NCBI GenBank assembly: GCA_951406725.2
Contig: OX597834.1
Span: 10,788,001-10,852,000 of the forward strand
Origin: Octopus vulgaris
Lineage: Eukaryota
DNA: 64,000 nt
Direction of reading: 5' to 3'
Under the pieces are notes generated by a model. The model was not told where the DNA came from and made no database searches. It worked only from the letters and a program-made list of their open reading frames with translations. Shown here one piece after another: positions 38,909 through 52,164 of the stretch (positions are counted from its first letter, which is position 1; each line of letters begins with the position of its first letter). A program made the translations under genes and the position numbers.

Positions 38909-39380
38909 ATATGCTATACATATTCTAGTAATCACATGAAAATGAAAAAAAGATATCGACTTTGAGAGAAGGAAGCTTTCAGTACAAGCAGGAGAAAATT
39001 AATGACTGTATCAATGAGCAGGTACATGAACAATACAACTCGTTCACTACTATATCAGCATAGCAGCAATTTGCGAACTAATTTTTATCATAGTTATCTT
39101 AACTGAACATATATCTCGTTACACATTTTCTGCATATGCTATCAAGTAAATGTATCTAGGTAAAATACTTTCTAATACACAATGGAAGCAAGATGTTTCA
39201 CAATACAATTATACAAGAAACTAATGCGCTTGAATGTAAGTTACGTGCAAGTTAAATGAAGATGGCGCTCGCCTCGAGATTACTTTAGGTTGAATTCGCA
39301 AAAGTGGAAGCCTACGAATAGCAAAGCAATATAAATATATACATACATACATACATAAATATATACACACATATATACGC

Positions 39381-39603
39381 AAGGGCGGCGAGTTGGCAGA
39401 ACCGTTAGCACGCCGGGCGAAATGCTTAGCAGTATTTCGTCTGCCGCTAGGTTCTGAGTTCAAATTCCGCCGAGGTCGACTTTGCTTTTCATCCTTTCGG
39501 GGTCGATTAAATAAGTACCAGTTACGCACTGGGGTAGATGTAATCGACTTAATCCGTTTGTCTATCCTTGTTTGTCCTCTCTGTGTTTAGGGTAGTAAAG
39601 AAA
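39381..39603 (+). mobile_element. SINE family C monomer, long tail
   Basis: GGCGGCGAGTTGGCAGAA head, Meta-like core, GTAAAGAAAT end. Confidence 0.88.
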
Positions 39604-39703
39604 TGTATATACACACATACATACGTAGGAACGTACATACATACATAGGTACATCCATACATACGCACATACGTACATACATACGTACGTACAAACGTAC
39701 ATA

Positions 39704-40010
39704 CATAACAAACCTGATAGTGTTCTGTAGAACAGGGAACAAAAGTAATTCCTTGTTGTAGAAGTCAGCTACCCACTAAATATGAATGTACAACCGAATG
39801 TCCACAAAATAGGGAACGTTGATGACGAATTACTGCGGAACTAGCTGCTCTTGTACCCTGACTACGAATTGTTATTTGACCTATAATCATAGGATCACAA
39901 GTTTATGTCACAAAAACCTAGAAATGTTTGGCTTCACGGAAAAAGAACAGCAAACGAACGTGATGCGGAATCTCCATGTCCAATCTATTAGAGGCACTGA
40001 AAAATTTAAA
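39704..40010 (+). pseudogene. C-terminal REL endonuclease remnant of an R4/NeSL-type non-LTR retrotransposon
   Basis: HNKPDSVL*NREQK*FLVVEVSYP..ELLRN and NLEMFGFTEKE..MRNLHVQSIRGTEK match the HN[KR]PD...[ED]..P restriction-like nuclease pattern. Stops and frameshifts present. Confidence 0.7.
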
Positions 40011-40254
40011 GGTATTATAAACACTCCTAATGTGAAAGGCTTCTGTGATGTATACAACGCTTGGGTGTATGCATCAAGAGTTCAACCAACATACCAACCC
40101 AAGCACATATTTATAAACACTTTCATAAATAATCTGAATTCAACTCAAGAAAAAATCGTACACACATATATATAGGAACACGCAGAGACAGATATACTCC
40201 TTCACAGTCATATATTCTAACATATACAGACACACACACCAATATTTATATATC

Positions 40255-40486
40255 TATTTCTTTACTACCCACAGGGGTCTAAACACAGAGAGGACAAACA
40301 AAGACAGGCAAACGGATTAAGTCGATTACATCGACTCCAGTGCATAACTGGTACTTAATTTATCGACCCCGAAAGGATGAAAGGCAAAGTCAACCTCGGC
40401 GGAATTTGAACTCAGAACTTTGCGGCAGACGAAGTACGGTTACGCACTTCGCCCGGCGTGCTAACATTTCTGCCAGCTCGCTGCCT
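40255..40486 (-). mobile_element. SINE family C monomer
   Basis: Full head, core and long tail, with TATATCTAT on both sides. Confidence 0.88.
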
Positions 40487-40574
40487 TATATCTATAACTA
40501 TATTTGTTTCTCTGTCTCTCTCTCGCTCTCACTTCGTACATACACACACACACACATAAGCACATATATATAAC

Positions 40575-40785
40575 CTTTTATCTTTTATCTTTTACCTCGT
40601 CCACGTTCGAACAAATCGAACGCAAAACCTATTTTCTCTCAGGTTTGAACTTATTCTATAGCTTTCTATTCTCAAACCGCTAGGTTATGGGAATGTAAAG
40701 ACACCAACGTCTGTTTTCAAGCGATGGTATGCGTGAGGGGATAAACGCAGACACAAAGACACACACACAAACACACACACATATA
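40575..40785 (-). mobile_element. Diverged 3' half of SINE family B
   Basis: CTTATTCTATAG..AACCGCTAG..ACACCAACGTC..CAAGCGATG similar to family B. Confidence 0.55.
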
Positions 40786-41603
40786 TCCCCCGGAACACTT
40801 TCTCTCCGTTGGTTAATTACCCCCTATCCGATATATTAAGAAGTTTTAGATCCCCATCTAAAAGTGCATATTATACGCGATTCCTCGCAAATATTGTATA
40901 ACATTTACATTTGCATAATTGATAACTGCAGCATTGACACTGGCTGAAACACCTAAATATTTGATTTTAGAAATAATCAACAACAGACGCATTTCGTCAA
41001 TGTTAAAGTGTTTATTATATTGAAAATATCATTATCAAAACATGATGGTAAAACAAAACAAATATGCTTTGTTTTCTTCCGGGCACTAAAGTACTGTAGC
41101 AGTATACATTTACGTTGTTTACCGACCGAGAATTTCTCTGAGAATATCAGTGGAACCATTCGATCTCCATACACAAATTATTTTCCTCATGGAACTTATA
41201 AAAAATGCACACATTGGGGGCACCTGTCTCTACGATGCACACTAAATTTCCCAGGGAGAAAATAACGGCTTAAACAGAGAAAGTACGGGGGCGGAGTTAA
41301 ATGTCTATGGTTAATTGTCCCGACAGGTAAATTTCCTAGGGGAGTCGTAATTCATGGAGGGTAAATGTCCTAGACGTTACCTGGACAAGGATTTTCTACC
41401 ATAGCCTGGTGCCGAACAACTCGTTCTGATTTGGTGTTGTAGCTGGAACTACAATGAATCCCGTGTTATGTATGTGTATATATAAGTGTGTGTGTGTGTG
41501 TGTGCGTGTGTAGGTGTGGGTGTGGGTGGGTGTGTTGTTGTGTTATAATATATTATAACTATGTGATATATAAGGAGTAGTAATATTTATAAATGTGGGG
41601 AAA

Positions 41604-41705
41604 GTAGACCTGACGATTGGAAGCGCGTAAACATTATGAGTTTTTGAATGAGACTTTGTGTCTTAACAATACTACACGTATCCTCATAAAACACGTGTAG
41701 TCCGC
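41604..41705 (+). ncRNA. Decayed type I hammerhead with long stem II
   Basis: GTAGAC-CTGACGA-[GGAAGCGCGTA...TACACGTATCC]-AAAA-CACGTG-TA-GTCCGC. G12A lesion, palindromic ACACGTGT stem III, GUA. Confidence 0.6.
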
Positions 41706-41856
41706 AATATGGAAAATTTTGCAATTATAAATATAAATAGTAAGTATATTATTTAATATTTTATGGTTTGGTTGAGTTAATATCGTTTGGAGTGGATGAA
41801 GTGGTGGGTGTTTCTATCTGTAACACTATTTTGATGTAAATATATATATATATATG

Positions 41857-41908
<52 letters not shown>

Positions 41909-41968
41909 AGTATGTATATATGCATGTATGTATGTATGCATGTGTGTATATATATAGATAGAGAGACA

Positions 41969-42017
<49 letters not shown>

Positions 42018-43026
42018 ATATAATTTACATATATAAATGCATATATATATATATAGGTGTGTGTGTATTTGGTTAATAAAAGACGGAAGATGGAAGAAAC
42101 GATAAGTATTATTAAACCCCACAATTGTTTAGACCCATCTAGCATACACACACTCATATGTAAATACACACACACATATATGTATATATATATACATATA
42201 TATACATATATATATATATACATCTATAGACATATATACGTGTGTATGTGTGTGTGTGTGTATTAGCTTATCGGATTACGTATTTCTGTGTATAGTGTAG
42301 AATGTGTTTTATTTGCATGCATTTCATTTCGCTAATTTCTGGTTTCATGATTTATCAAATAGTTTTAAATTTAAAATTTGATAACCGGGGAATCGTCAAC
42401 AATTTTGTTATTTTACGTTTGGCTCATAAATTATAGCGGAAAACAATCAACCGTGATGTGTCAGTAATATATATTACATATATCTGTTCGCAGATATTGC
42501 ATCTCGTTAAATATTTGCTGACGATATTAAAACAAGTTATCTGCAATCTACGATATGCATGTCAGATTCTTATGAATGTAGTTAAATATGTAATTTGGCA
42601 AATTCATTCAATTTTCTAACAGATTAGATACGATAGATATGCATTTTATTCTTTAGAACTTTTACAATATTCAAACATATTATGTAGTATATTGGCATTT
42701 TCAAATTAAAATTATGCTTAATGGATGTGTTTGAAGATAGAAATTTTATGATTATCATACAAGTCAAAAAATTACTAACGCATATAGTAATTAATGTTAA
42801 AATTTCAGAAGAATTATAATACTTTGATAGCTTAATATTAATGAAAATCTTTTGTGAATTGTAATCAAATTATAGAATAGAAAGTTCATATAGTTTACAT
42901 TACTTTCGCGTTTCGCTTAGCGTAGTTTTTCATTCGTCACGATTTATATCTTCAAATAGTATTTCAGTAATGACACAAATCATTAAATCTCTATTTATAT
43001 ACTATAGTACATTATAACATAAAACA

Positions 43027-43089
<63 letters not shown>

Positions 43090-43190
43090 TGTATGTAGGT
43101 AAGTATGTATGCATGTACACATACACACACAAACACAGACATATGCATACATATATACATACATACATTATATATATATATATACATACA

Positions 43191-43256
<66 letters not shown>

Positions 43257-43737
43257 ATATATAGCACATAAGCGCACACGCACCCACACACACTAACTCA
43301 CACGCCCACACACACATCTTTTATGCTATATATCTTATATATCTTTTATACTGCTTCTTTTTCAATTTTGACAAGATTTCATTTGTTATCTTTTCCTCTT
43401 TTGAAAACTCTCTGTCTACTTCGCCGGGGTTTATTCTCTTCCACGGCTTATCTTCCTCTTGCTTAATTCTTAGATGTGCAGCTCCAATACAGTAGTCCTG
43501 GATTCCAAATAGATATTGTACAGCAACATGTTCTTTTTGAAACACATTTAGTCTTTGTACTTCTTCCTTAGATGCTCTTTGTTGTTGTATATATCCTCAT
43601 AAATGGTAGGTTTGTTTGAGTATTTGCCACCTTGGTGCAGTGAAATACAATTCTTATATCCATGTTGGATGAGAGGAAGCCACGAATTGTAATGGCATTA
43701 AATAGGGCCCTCATCCATAACAGTTATAATATAATAT

Positions 43738-44032
43738 ATCACGTGATCACGTGACTGACCAGACCATCAGATGTTGTTTCACATCGCTGGTCACATGCGT
43801 TCGCATTTTTTAGCCTTCGAATGACGCCAGCCCGCTGGCTAAGCGAGCAGGCCAACAGAAGAAAGATTTGGAGAAAGATTGTGGTGAAAGAGTACAGCAG
43901 GGATCACCACCCCCTCCTGGAGCTTTTAAGTGTTTTCGCTCAATAAACACTCACAACGCCCGGTCTGGGAATCGAAACCGCGATTCTGCGACCGCGAGTC
44001 CGCTGCCCTAACCACTGGGCCATTGCGCCTCC
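43738..44032 (-). mobile_element. SINE with family A head and a different 3' tail ending CACGTGATCACGTGAT
   Basis: 43865-44032 matches family A. 43738-43860 is unrelated to the family A tail. Confidence 0.82.
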
Positions 44033-44863
44033 ACAATATAATATATATATATATAATGTTATAATATATATAATGTTCTTAATGTTTTATTACCACACAT
44101 ACAAAACTATCTTTGTAAGGACTGTACAGATTTTCATATAAGGGGTTAAACTGAGAACACAAATCTTTGCTTGCTTTATAAGCAAATCCTCAGTTGACAG
44201 AATATCGAGGCCCATTTGAATAAAGACCTTCTACATTGTAAAGTGAGATGTGATACAAACCAGTGATATATTAACAGATTCTATTTTTTTAGGTTCTTGT
44301 TTCCATTCTAATGAATGACATAACCCATTTTTTGGTGTAACCCATTTTTTGTTGTAACACACATTTCACCGCCGCCGTTGTCGTCGTCATCATCATCATC
44401 ATCACCTGCAGCAGCAGCCGTCCAAGTATTTGGACCTGGAGATCTCCATTTCCAGCGACTTCGAGGGCCACCTCCCAATGGAGTCGGGCGTCAACGAAGA
44501 GCCCTCGACAACAAGACGACCAAAGTATTTTTTTCCAAGGTCCGCTGTCTCCCGCTCCTAAGCAATAGACCATCACCTAATCACCTTTACCTGTCTTGTT
44601 GCTTAACAACAACAACAACAACAACAGCAGCACCTGCATCCTCATCACGATGTGTGTGTGCATCCGCGTCTGTGTGCGCACTCGTGCGTGTGTGTGTGAG
44701 CACGCGAATGTGTGTTTAAATAGTACGCGAGGCTTGCAGTCGAGATATCCCGAAGAAATGAATGGAACAAATTATTAAAAAAATATATTTCTTATGATCG
44801 AAGTATAGCACGCAAAATGTCAAGCTCATCTCGTAGAAAAGTATACCCATAAATCCTTCCTTT

Positions 44864-45243
44864 AGCACTCCGTCGGTTACGACGATGAGGGTTCCGGTTG
44901 ATCCGAATCAACGGAACAGCCTGTTCGTGAAATTAACGTGTAAGTGGCTGAGCACTCCACAGACACGTGCACCCTTAACGTAGTTCTCGGGGATATTCAG
45001 CGTGACACAGAGAGTGACAAGGCCGGCCCTTTGAAATACAGGTACAACAGAAACAGGAAGTAAGAGTGAGAGAAAGTTGTGGTAAAAGAGTACAGAAGGG
45101 GTCACCACCCTCCCCTGCCGGAGCCTCGTGGAGCTTTTAGGTATTTTCGCTCAATAAACACTCACAACGCCCGGTCTGGGAATCGAAACCGCGATCCTAT
45201 GCCCGCGAGTCCGCTGCCCTAACCACTGGGCCATTGCGCCTCC
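44864..45243 (-). mobile_element. SINE family A, full-length
   Basis: Near-identical to 285-655. Confidence 0.92.
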
Positions 45244-46110
45244 ACACCCATATATAATAATAACATAGTACGGTGGGACGTAGTGAAATTATGAAGAATA
45301 CGTTATTGATTAAATTGTGGGCTATACTTTCATTCAGAATTTACTCATGCATGTTCAACCGATGAACCATTGCGATTAGTCATCCAAATATAATTTGAAC
45401 ACCTATTGCCGTGTTGTAAATAACTGAAACTTTCTCTGAATTAATGGATTCATTCCAAATAATACTGGATCAGCTTGAACTGACTGAGATCCCTATGATA
45501 CGCAGTGTGCCGCTAAGCTGTTCTTTTACGAAAATCTTTATCTATTGGATAGCATTTCTAACAACATCCACTTATCTTTAGATGTTACCGTTCTTCATTC
45601 TTTACATACATTTGCTTTCCAGGTCAGACACTTCCTACCAACTCTACACAGATTCCCTGAACACAGACCTCAGTAATATCCTCTTGTGAATTATAACAGT
45701 CAAGTCTCTTTGAACAGCTTAAAGCCTATCACCTCACATGCAAAATATTATTGCACAACAGAACAAAAATCACGAACAGGAAGAAATTAGAATAATCGTG
45801 ATCGCTTCAAGTTTTAAACTTCTCAATTACGGAGAATCGCTTATAGCCGATGCTTTAACTTACCAAAGCTTACATTTCAATGAGTGACCTTCGTGTTTAA
45901 TAACAAGACAATGCTTCCTACAACAATTTTCCAGAGTTTTCGAAGATTAGGTAGAGCCCTCGATTGAGAACTTCTACATTTGAAATGAAATGACTGCTGA
46001 ACATATGTTTAATTAAAAACGCGTCTAAGGATATAAGCAACTATAGAAGAAAATAGAGGCCCTAACAAACAATACATACATACATAAATACATACACACA
46101 TATATACACA

Positions 46111-46201
46111 AGGGCGGCGAGCTGGCAGAAGCGTTAGCACGCCGGACCAAATGCTTAGCAGTATTTCGTCTGCCGCTACGTTCTGAGTTCAAATTCCGCC
46201 G
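46111..46201 (+). mobile_element. SINE family C head only
   Basis: tRNA-like head ending abruptly after AAATTCCGCCG. Confidence 0.8.
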
Positions 46202-46945
46202 ATTTCTGGATTTCAAGCATGCTGCCTTCATTTTTTATGTTTTTACGGCGACTGTTATCATATCTTAAATAGACAGTTGCTTACTTTTGTATTAGCTAAC
46301 TTTGCACGCTCTTAAGTTGTCCGACTCGCTTCCACTTGAGACTCACGTTTTCGTCATGAAATCAGAAATCAGACACCACAGTAACCGTTAGTAAGTCCAT
46401 AACTCCGTCAACAGCGTTTCTATTTCTGCAATCCGCATGCATATTTGCAGACGTCGTCATGTGACGTATCATGCAAAACAGCAACCTTGCTTTAACCAGA
46501 CATGTTAATTATGAGAGCCATGGGCAACAAGCACTCTCCCAGACATAGCAAACAGGAATTCATTTGCCTGTTGTTTGTCTTAAGCCTTTGATGTATTTCG
46601 CGAACTATTGTCGGTAAAGTTTTTCAATAAATTTGTATTATATTTATAACTTTTGTAAGTCTGGATTACGCCATTGATCTCGCAAATTGAAGAAAACCAG
46701 CCGTGTCGGAATGTTGTTTTTTTTAAATTATTTTTACAGTTTCCAGTTCCATTAAACTTCGCGTAGTTATTTTCTTTTTATTACAAAACCAGTACAAAAT
46801 ATTTCTGTGAAGGTGAATATTCTCAATAAAGCGAAACTTGTTTTTCGTATCGAAGATTATATTTACACGAATTTATTCAGGAATTCGTCACCCAGATAAA
46901 ACAGGAACATACATAAGATCATATAAACACACGCAAACACACACG

Positions 46946-47003
<58 letters not shown>

Positions 47004-47248
47004 TACACACACAATGAATGAGGGGAAAAAGAAATTGGAATTCACGAGAAACTTTATTCCTCACCACGATCGTTTCAACCCATCTTGCATCAGAGGATGC
47101 AACCCAACCAGCTGTATACTCTCCCACCCGCAAGGGACTGTGATTTTCAAAGACATTTCGGTAGGGAGGAAAAATATACAGAAATATGGGCGGAGGAAAT
47201 GTAACGTTATACAGTGTACTTAGGCAGCGATTTAATAGATTATGCAAA

Positions 47249-47915
47249 TACTGGGTTGTCCGGAAAGTTCGTGCCGATTTTTAAAGGAAAGAAAAAGGTC
47301 AATAAATACTTGCCATTACATTTTATTCACCCAAATATGAACCATTTTGTTGCACAATGATTCTCCCTCCATCTTTCCTTTTACTATACCCTCTTCCCAG
47401 AATTGAGGTGGTTTCAGGGCAAAAAATTCATCAATGTATCTTTTTACGTCATCCAATTAATTGAAATTTTTCCCATTAAGATTATTCTGCAGAAACCGAA
47501 TAACTGGAAATCCGAAGGAGCAATATCTGGTGAATACAGGGGGGGGGGAGATAACACATCCCAGCCGAGCTGCAGCAATTTTTGTCTGGTTCCCAAGGAA
47601 ACGTGCGGTCTTGTATTATCATGTTGGAAAACAACACTCTTCCTGTTGGCCAATTCTGAACGTTTCTCTTGAATTGCTGCTTTTTAACTCGTTCAGTTGT
47701 GTGCAGTATTTATCACAATTGATTGTCTGTTTACTTGGGAGAAGCTCATAGTACATAATTCCTTTCTATCCCACCAGACGCAAAGCAAGACTGATTTAGG
47801 GTGAAAACCCACTTTGAGGGTGGCTATGGGTTGCTCATAACATTACCCGAGGATCACTTTCTCTGAACATTTCGGTATATAATCCATTTCACGTCACCTG
47901 TCACAGTTTGCTTTA
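47249..47915 (-). pseudogene. Mariner (DD34D-type) 3' half with terminal repeat
   Basis: Minus: TVTGDVKWIIY, FQHDNTRPH, LGWDVL..PLYSPDIAPSDFQLF. TIR TA-CTGGGTTGTCCGGAAAGTTCGTGCCGATTT at 47249. Confidence 0.9.
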
Positions 47916-47952
47916 ATAATTTTGAAATTATTAAGTGGTGTATGCTTTTTGC

Positions 47953-48115
47953 ATTGGGCTGTCAGGAAAGTTCGTGCCGATTTATAGTAGCTTACCTTTC
48001 GACTTATTTTAGAATATGGTTGAGTCTACAAAATAGGATTTGACTACATCTCCATTTAGAGCACAGTTTATGCTATCATGTCGTGGAAGAAGTTTTATGC
48101 TCCTTTAACCTGTGT
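47953..48115 (+). mobile_element. Mariner left-end fragment
   Basis: TTGGGCTGTCAGGAAAGTTCGTGCCGATTT is the same TIR as 47249, in direct orientation and followed by different sequence. Confidence 0.65.
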
Positions 48116-48749
48116 TAACTCAATATTAACTCAAGTTTATGAGTGGATGTGTGCTTTTAAAATTAGCCTGTTTTTTTCTTGTGGAATATATGTTCCCAGT
48201 CTTAAACATGCAGCATACAATTCTTCAATCTTAAGAGATTCAACTTAAAGAATTTCCCTCTCTCCAATATGTTATATTTCTTCTTGTTGATAACTCAAAG
48301 ATAGCTGGAGGTACATTTAAATCATTATATGCATTGTTTCTTCATGCATATATTCTTAGATAAGAGCGATCTATGTACATTCTATGTTTTACAAATTTAT
48401 CTATATACAAGGAAGCTTATGAAAACCTAAAATTTCTAGCGAAACGCGATTAATGACATCATGTACAAACGTTATTTCACTATTCTGAAAAATAGCGAAT
48501 AATACCAACTAAAGAAAAATGGATCAAATTAAAACGAGTTGGCCAACTTTTTGAAGAATATCGGGACAAAACCATTGACGTTTAATTTATAATTATTTGG
48601 CCGTAATATATCAAAGCCATGCTCTTCTTCACCGCAAAATGACCGGAAAACATTATTTTCTACCTATAATCCATGAACTGTTACACATACATACACACAT
48701 ATTTTTTTTATGTTTGTGTGTGTGCGCGTGTGTGTCGCGTCTATATATA

Positions 48750-48959
48750 TGTGACCGCGTGTGTACCGTTGGCGATATTTTCCCTCCGTCTTCCCTTCTC
48801 TGGATCTTTACTTTTCCTATGTTTCTGACGAAGAGCTCCGCTCGAAACGTTGAACCTTCCTTCTTCTCTTCCTTCCTGAGCGTCCAATGATATTATATTT
48901 GTTCCACGTCCTCGCGTTGTTGTGTTTTCTCCTTGTGTTTTCATGCTTGGATTAACTTC

Positions 48960-48960
<1 letters not shown>
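48750..48960 (+). mobile_element. ~210-bp HHR-bearing element between TA tracts (pLTR/retrozyme-like)
   Basis: Non-coding insert flanked by TA repeats, with a decayed relative at 3770. Confidence 0.7.
48821..48855 (+). ncRNA. Minimal type I hammerhead ribozyme, canonical core
   Basis: GTTT-CTGACGA-A-GAGC(TCC)GCTC-GAAA-CG-TT-GAAC. Loop-less palindromic stem III (AACGTT), as in dimer-requiring minimal HHRs. Confidence 0.8.
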
Positions 48961-49001
<41 letters not shown>

Positions 49002-49004
<3 letters not shown>

Positions 49005-49420
49005 CGTAGGAGTGGCTGTGTGGTAAGTAGCTTGCTTACGCACCACATGGTTCCGGGTTCAGTCCCACTGCGCGGCACCTTGGGCAAGTGTCTTCTACTA
49101 TAGCCTCGGGCCGACTAAAGCCTTGTGAGTGGATTTTGTAGACAGAAACTGAAAGAAGCCCGTCGTATATATGTATATTTATATATATGTGTGTGTATAT
49201 GTTTGTGTGTCTGTGTTTGTCCCCCCAACATCGCTTGACAACCGATGCTGGGGTGTTTACGTCCCCGTAACATAGCGGTTCGGCAAAAGAGACTGATGGA
49301 ATAAGTACTAGGCTTACAAAGAATAAGTCCTGGGGCCGATTTGCTCGACTAAAGGCGGTGCTCCAGCATGGCCACAGTCAAATGACTGAAACAAATAAAA
49401 TAGTAAAAGAGTAAAAGAGT
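49002..49420 (+). mobile_element. SINE family B
   Basis: Full-length copy. Confidence 0.92.
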
Positions 49421-49800
49421 ATATATAAGAAAAAGCTTAAATAATGGGCTTTACACATTTATTTGAGCATTGCCGTCTTACAGTTGTTTCAGATAATATT
49501 TTCTGTGCATAAATGTTCAAGTTTACTCGATTTCAGAATATAGAAAGTGCCCATTAAAACATTTCATCATAGGAAACCATTACATCGTCTCCCAAAGTAA
49601 ATGAAGATGATAAAGAGATGAGAAAAGAAAATATATATAAAGAAACGGAAAAAAGAAAGAATACAAAGGTAACAGAACGAAAGAAGAGCCGACATTTGGC
49701 GTATTCAGCAATGCGTTCGGACGCTATTGCACGGGCGGTTGCTTAGATGTGCAAAATGAGAGCAGTCTAGATGCTTGTAGTATATAAAATAAATAATCAT

Positions 49801-49967
49801 AGGCGCAGGAGTGGCTGTGTGGTAAGTAGCTTGCTAACCAACCACATGGTTCCGGGTTCAGTCCCACTGCGTGGCATCTTGGGCAAATGTCTTCTGCTAT
49901 AGCCCCGGGCCGACCAATGCCTTTGTGAGTGGATTTGGTAGACGGAAACTGAAAGAAGCCTGTCGTA

Positions 49968-50039
<72 letters not shown>

Positions 50040-50249
50040 TCTCTCTGTTTGTCCCCCTAGCATTGCTTGACAACCGATGCTGGTGTGTTTATGTCCCCGT
50101 TAATTATCGGTTCGGCAAAAGAGACCGATAGAATAAGTACTGGGCTTTCAAAAAAAGAATAAGTCCCGGGGTCGAGTTGCTCGATTAAAGGCGGTGCTCC
50201 AGCATGGCCGCAGTCAAATGACTGAAACAAGTAAAAAGAGTAAAAGAGT
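49801..50249 (+). mobile_element. SINE family B
   Basis: Full-length copy. Confidence 0.92.
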
Positions 50250-50670
50250 ATGACGCGTAAAGTTACATTACTACCCAGGCTATATGCAGTCTAAATATGT
50301 GAGCAGATGGCATTGTTACTGTTGCTATCGTATGCTAAGTTAGAATTTGAAAATAAGGTGATGCAGTAAATTTCACGGCTGTTAAGTGATGAGAATAAAC
50401 CGAGCCCAAAGCAAAATAAAAGGAATGAAAAAAAAAAACGAAATAAAATAAGATTAATTAAAACGAGAATACTTAAAATGAAACCGAATGTTCTCGAAGA
50501 TAAAGTAAAAAAAAACAAAAAAAACAAAAAAAAAAAACGAAGAAATAATTCAGAATCCTTCCCTGTTTCAAATTAATATTATGAGACCTTCTGGTTTTCT
50601 CTTCTCTTAAATTCCGGCCTTCCTTTAGTATTCCTGTTGTTTTAGATCGATGTATAGAATTACGTATATA

Positions 50671-51066
50671 TCTTTATATATAAAAGTCAAGTTGTGTGTC
50701 TGTCTCCTACGATTTAGATTCTTAACTACTCCCACATTTTGCGGTACAGAGTAACCAAAAGCGGGTATCTTATAGTCGTGATTCATATCAAGCCCTTCTG
50801 GGTATTAGCGCGCGTCTACGATGAATCTACAATTAAAAAAAAAAAATTACCATCATTTTTTCCCATTTTTAATGCATTTTTTGGCTATTATATAAGGGAA
50901 CTAACTCTTTAAAAATGTATTATTAAATCTCAGAACGTAAAAGGCTACAGTAACACCCCTCTTTGTGGTTAGCCATATTGAGATGGCTATTATACTTTAC
51001 ATCTCTAAAAATGCTTATATAGTTATTTCCCTTACAAACCCGAGCAACGCCGGGCGATACTGCTAG
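50671..51066 (+). mobile_element. Non-autonomous Helitron
   Basis: A|TCTTTATATATAAAAG ... CCCGAGCAACGCCGGGCGATACTG-CTAG|T. Near-identical to 33494-33881. Confidence 0.9.
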
Positions 51067-51199
51067 TATAAGTATATTGTAAAATGTTAATATGAATGTA
51101 CAATATACAATATGAGAGAGATAATATAATATAAGGGAGATAATCAGAAAAAAAGATTTCAAGGAATTCTTCTAAAGCAAAGTAAATATAACAAAAAAA

Positions 51200-51385
51200 A
51201 ATACAGAATCCTTGTCCGGTATCGGATCAATCCTAAAATGTAAGTAGTTCGTGCCAGTCAGGAGACGAAACATCCCTGAATGTTTCAACATAATCCATGC
51301 AACGGTTCTTGAGATATCTTGTGCACGGACAGACAAACAAACAAACGTGACCGCAAACAATACCTCCGCCTTCGCTGAGGCGGAA
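51200..51385 (-). mobile_element. Helentron-associated (HINE/DINE-1-like) element fragment
   Basis: Terminal hairpin TCCGCC(TTCGCTGA)GGCGGA next to a (GTTT/GTCT)n stretch and AAGATATCTCAAGAAC, typical HINE architecture. Confidence 0.55.
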
Positions 51386-51652
51386 ATATTATAAACAGAA
51401 TAAGGTAAAATGGATGAAAATGAAATAAATTAGATGTACAAACTAAATCTCAATACTAAATAAAAGAATGGAAATTAACATGGAAAATAAGGAGAGTGAA
51501 AATAATAACAATAAAGATGTATTAACAAAGAAATAGCAATGTTATCCTCTTGTCATATATATATATATATATATATATGACAAGAGGATAACATACATAT
51601 ATACATACATATATAACATACATATATACATACATATATATATATATATATG

Positions 51653-51845
51653 CTCTTTTACTCTTTTACTTGTATCAGTCATTTGACTGTGGCCATGCTG
51701 CAGCACCGCCTTTAGTGGAGCAAATCGATCCCAGGACTTATTCTTTGTAAGCCTAGTACTTATCTTATCGGTCACTTTTGCCGAACCGCTAATGTTACGG
51801 GGACGTAAACACACCATCGGTTGTCAAGTGATGTTGGGGGGACGA

Positions 51846-51850
<5 letters not shown>
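51653..51850 (-). mobile_element. SINE family B, 3' half
   Basis: Tail and post-microsatellite body only. Confidence 0.85.
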
Positions 51851-51876
<26 letters not shown>

Positions 51877-52164
51877 CACACACATATATATATATATATA
51901 AATATATGTATATATATATATTCAACCAAAACGCCCCCCCCCGTCCAATGGACGGTGCTGAGTTGTCAAACATTTAAACCAAATTTTCTCTAAAAAATTT
52001 GTCCGATCGTCCCATAGGCCTCCCATTTGAGAAACGTTGATTTAACCTAAATTTGAGACACCAGCAAAAGACGGATTTCAGCTGATGTACTTGCGCGTAC
52101 AAATGCACGTTTCCACGGCTTTATCAATCGCATTCTCACCTGGAATCGATTTTTGTAAATGTTA

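Noticed and set aside
43321-43600. Non-repetitive minus ORF (..QRLNVFQKEHVAVQYLFG..)
   Set aside because: No recognisable family or splice signals. It is probably a decayed TE.
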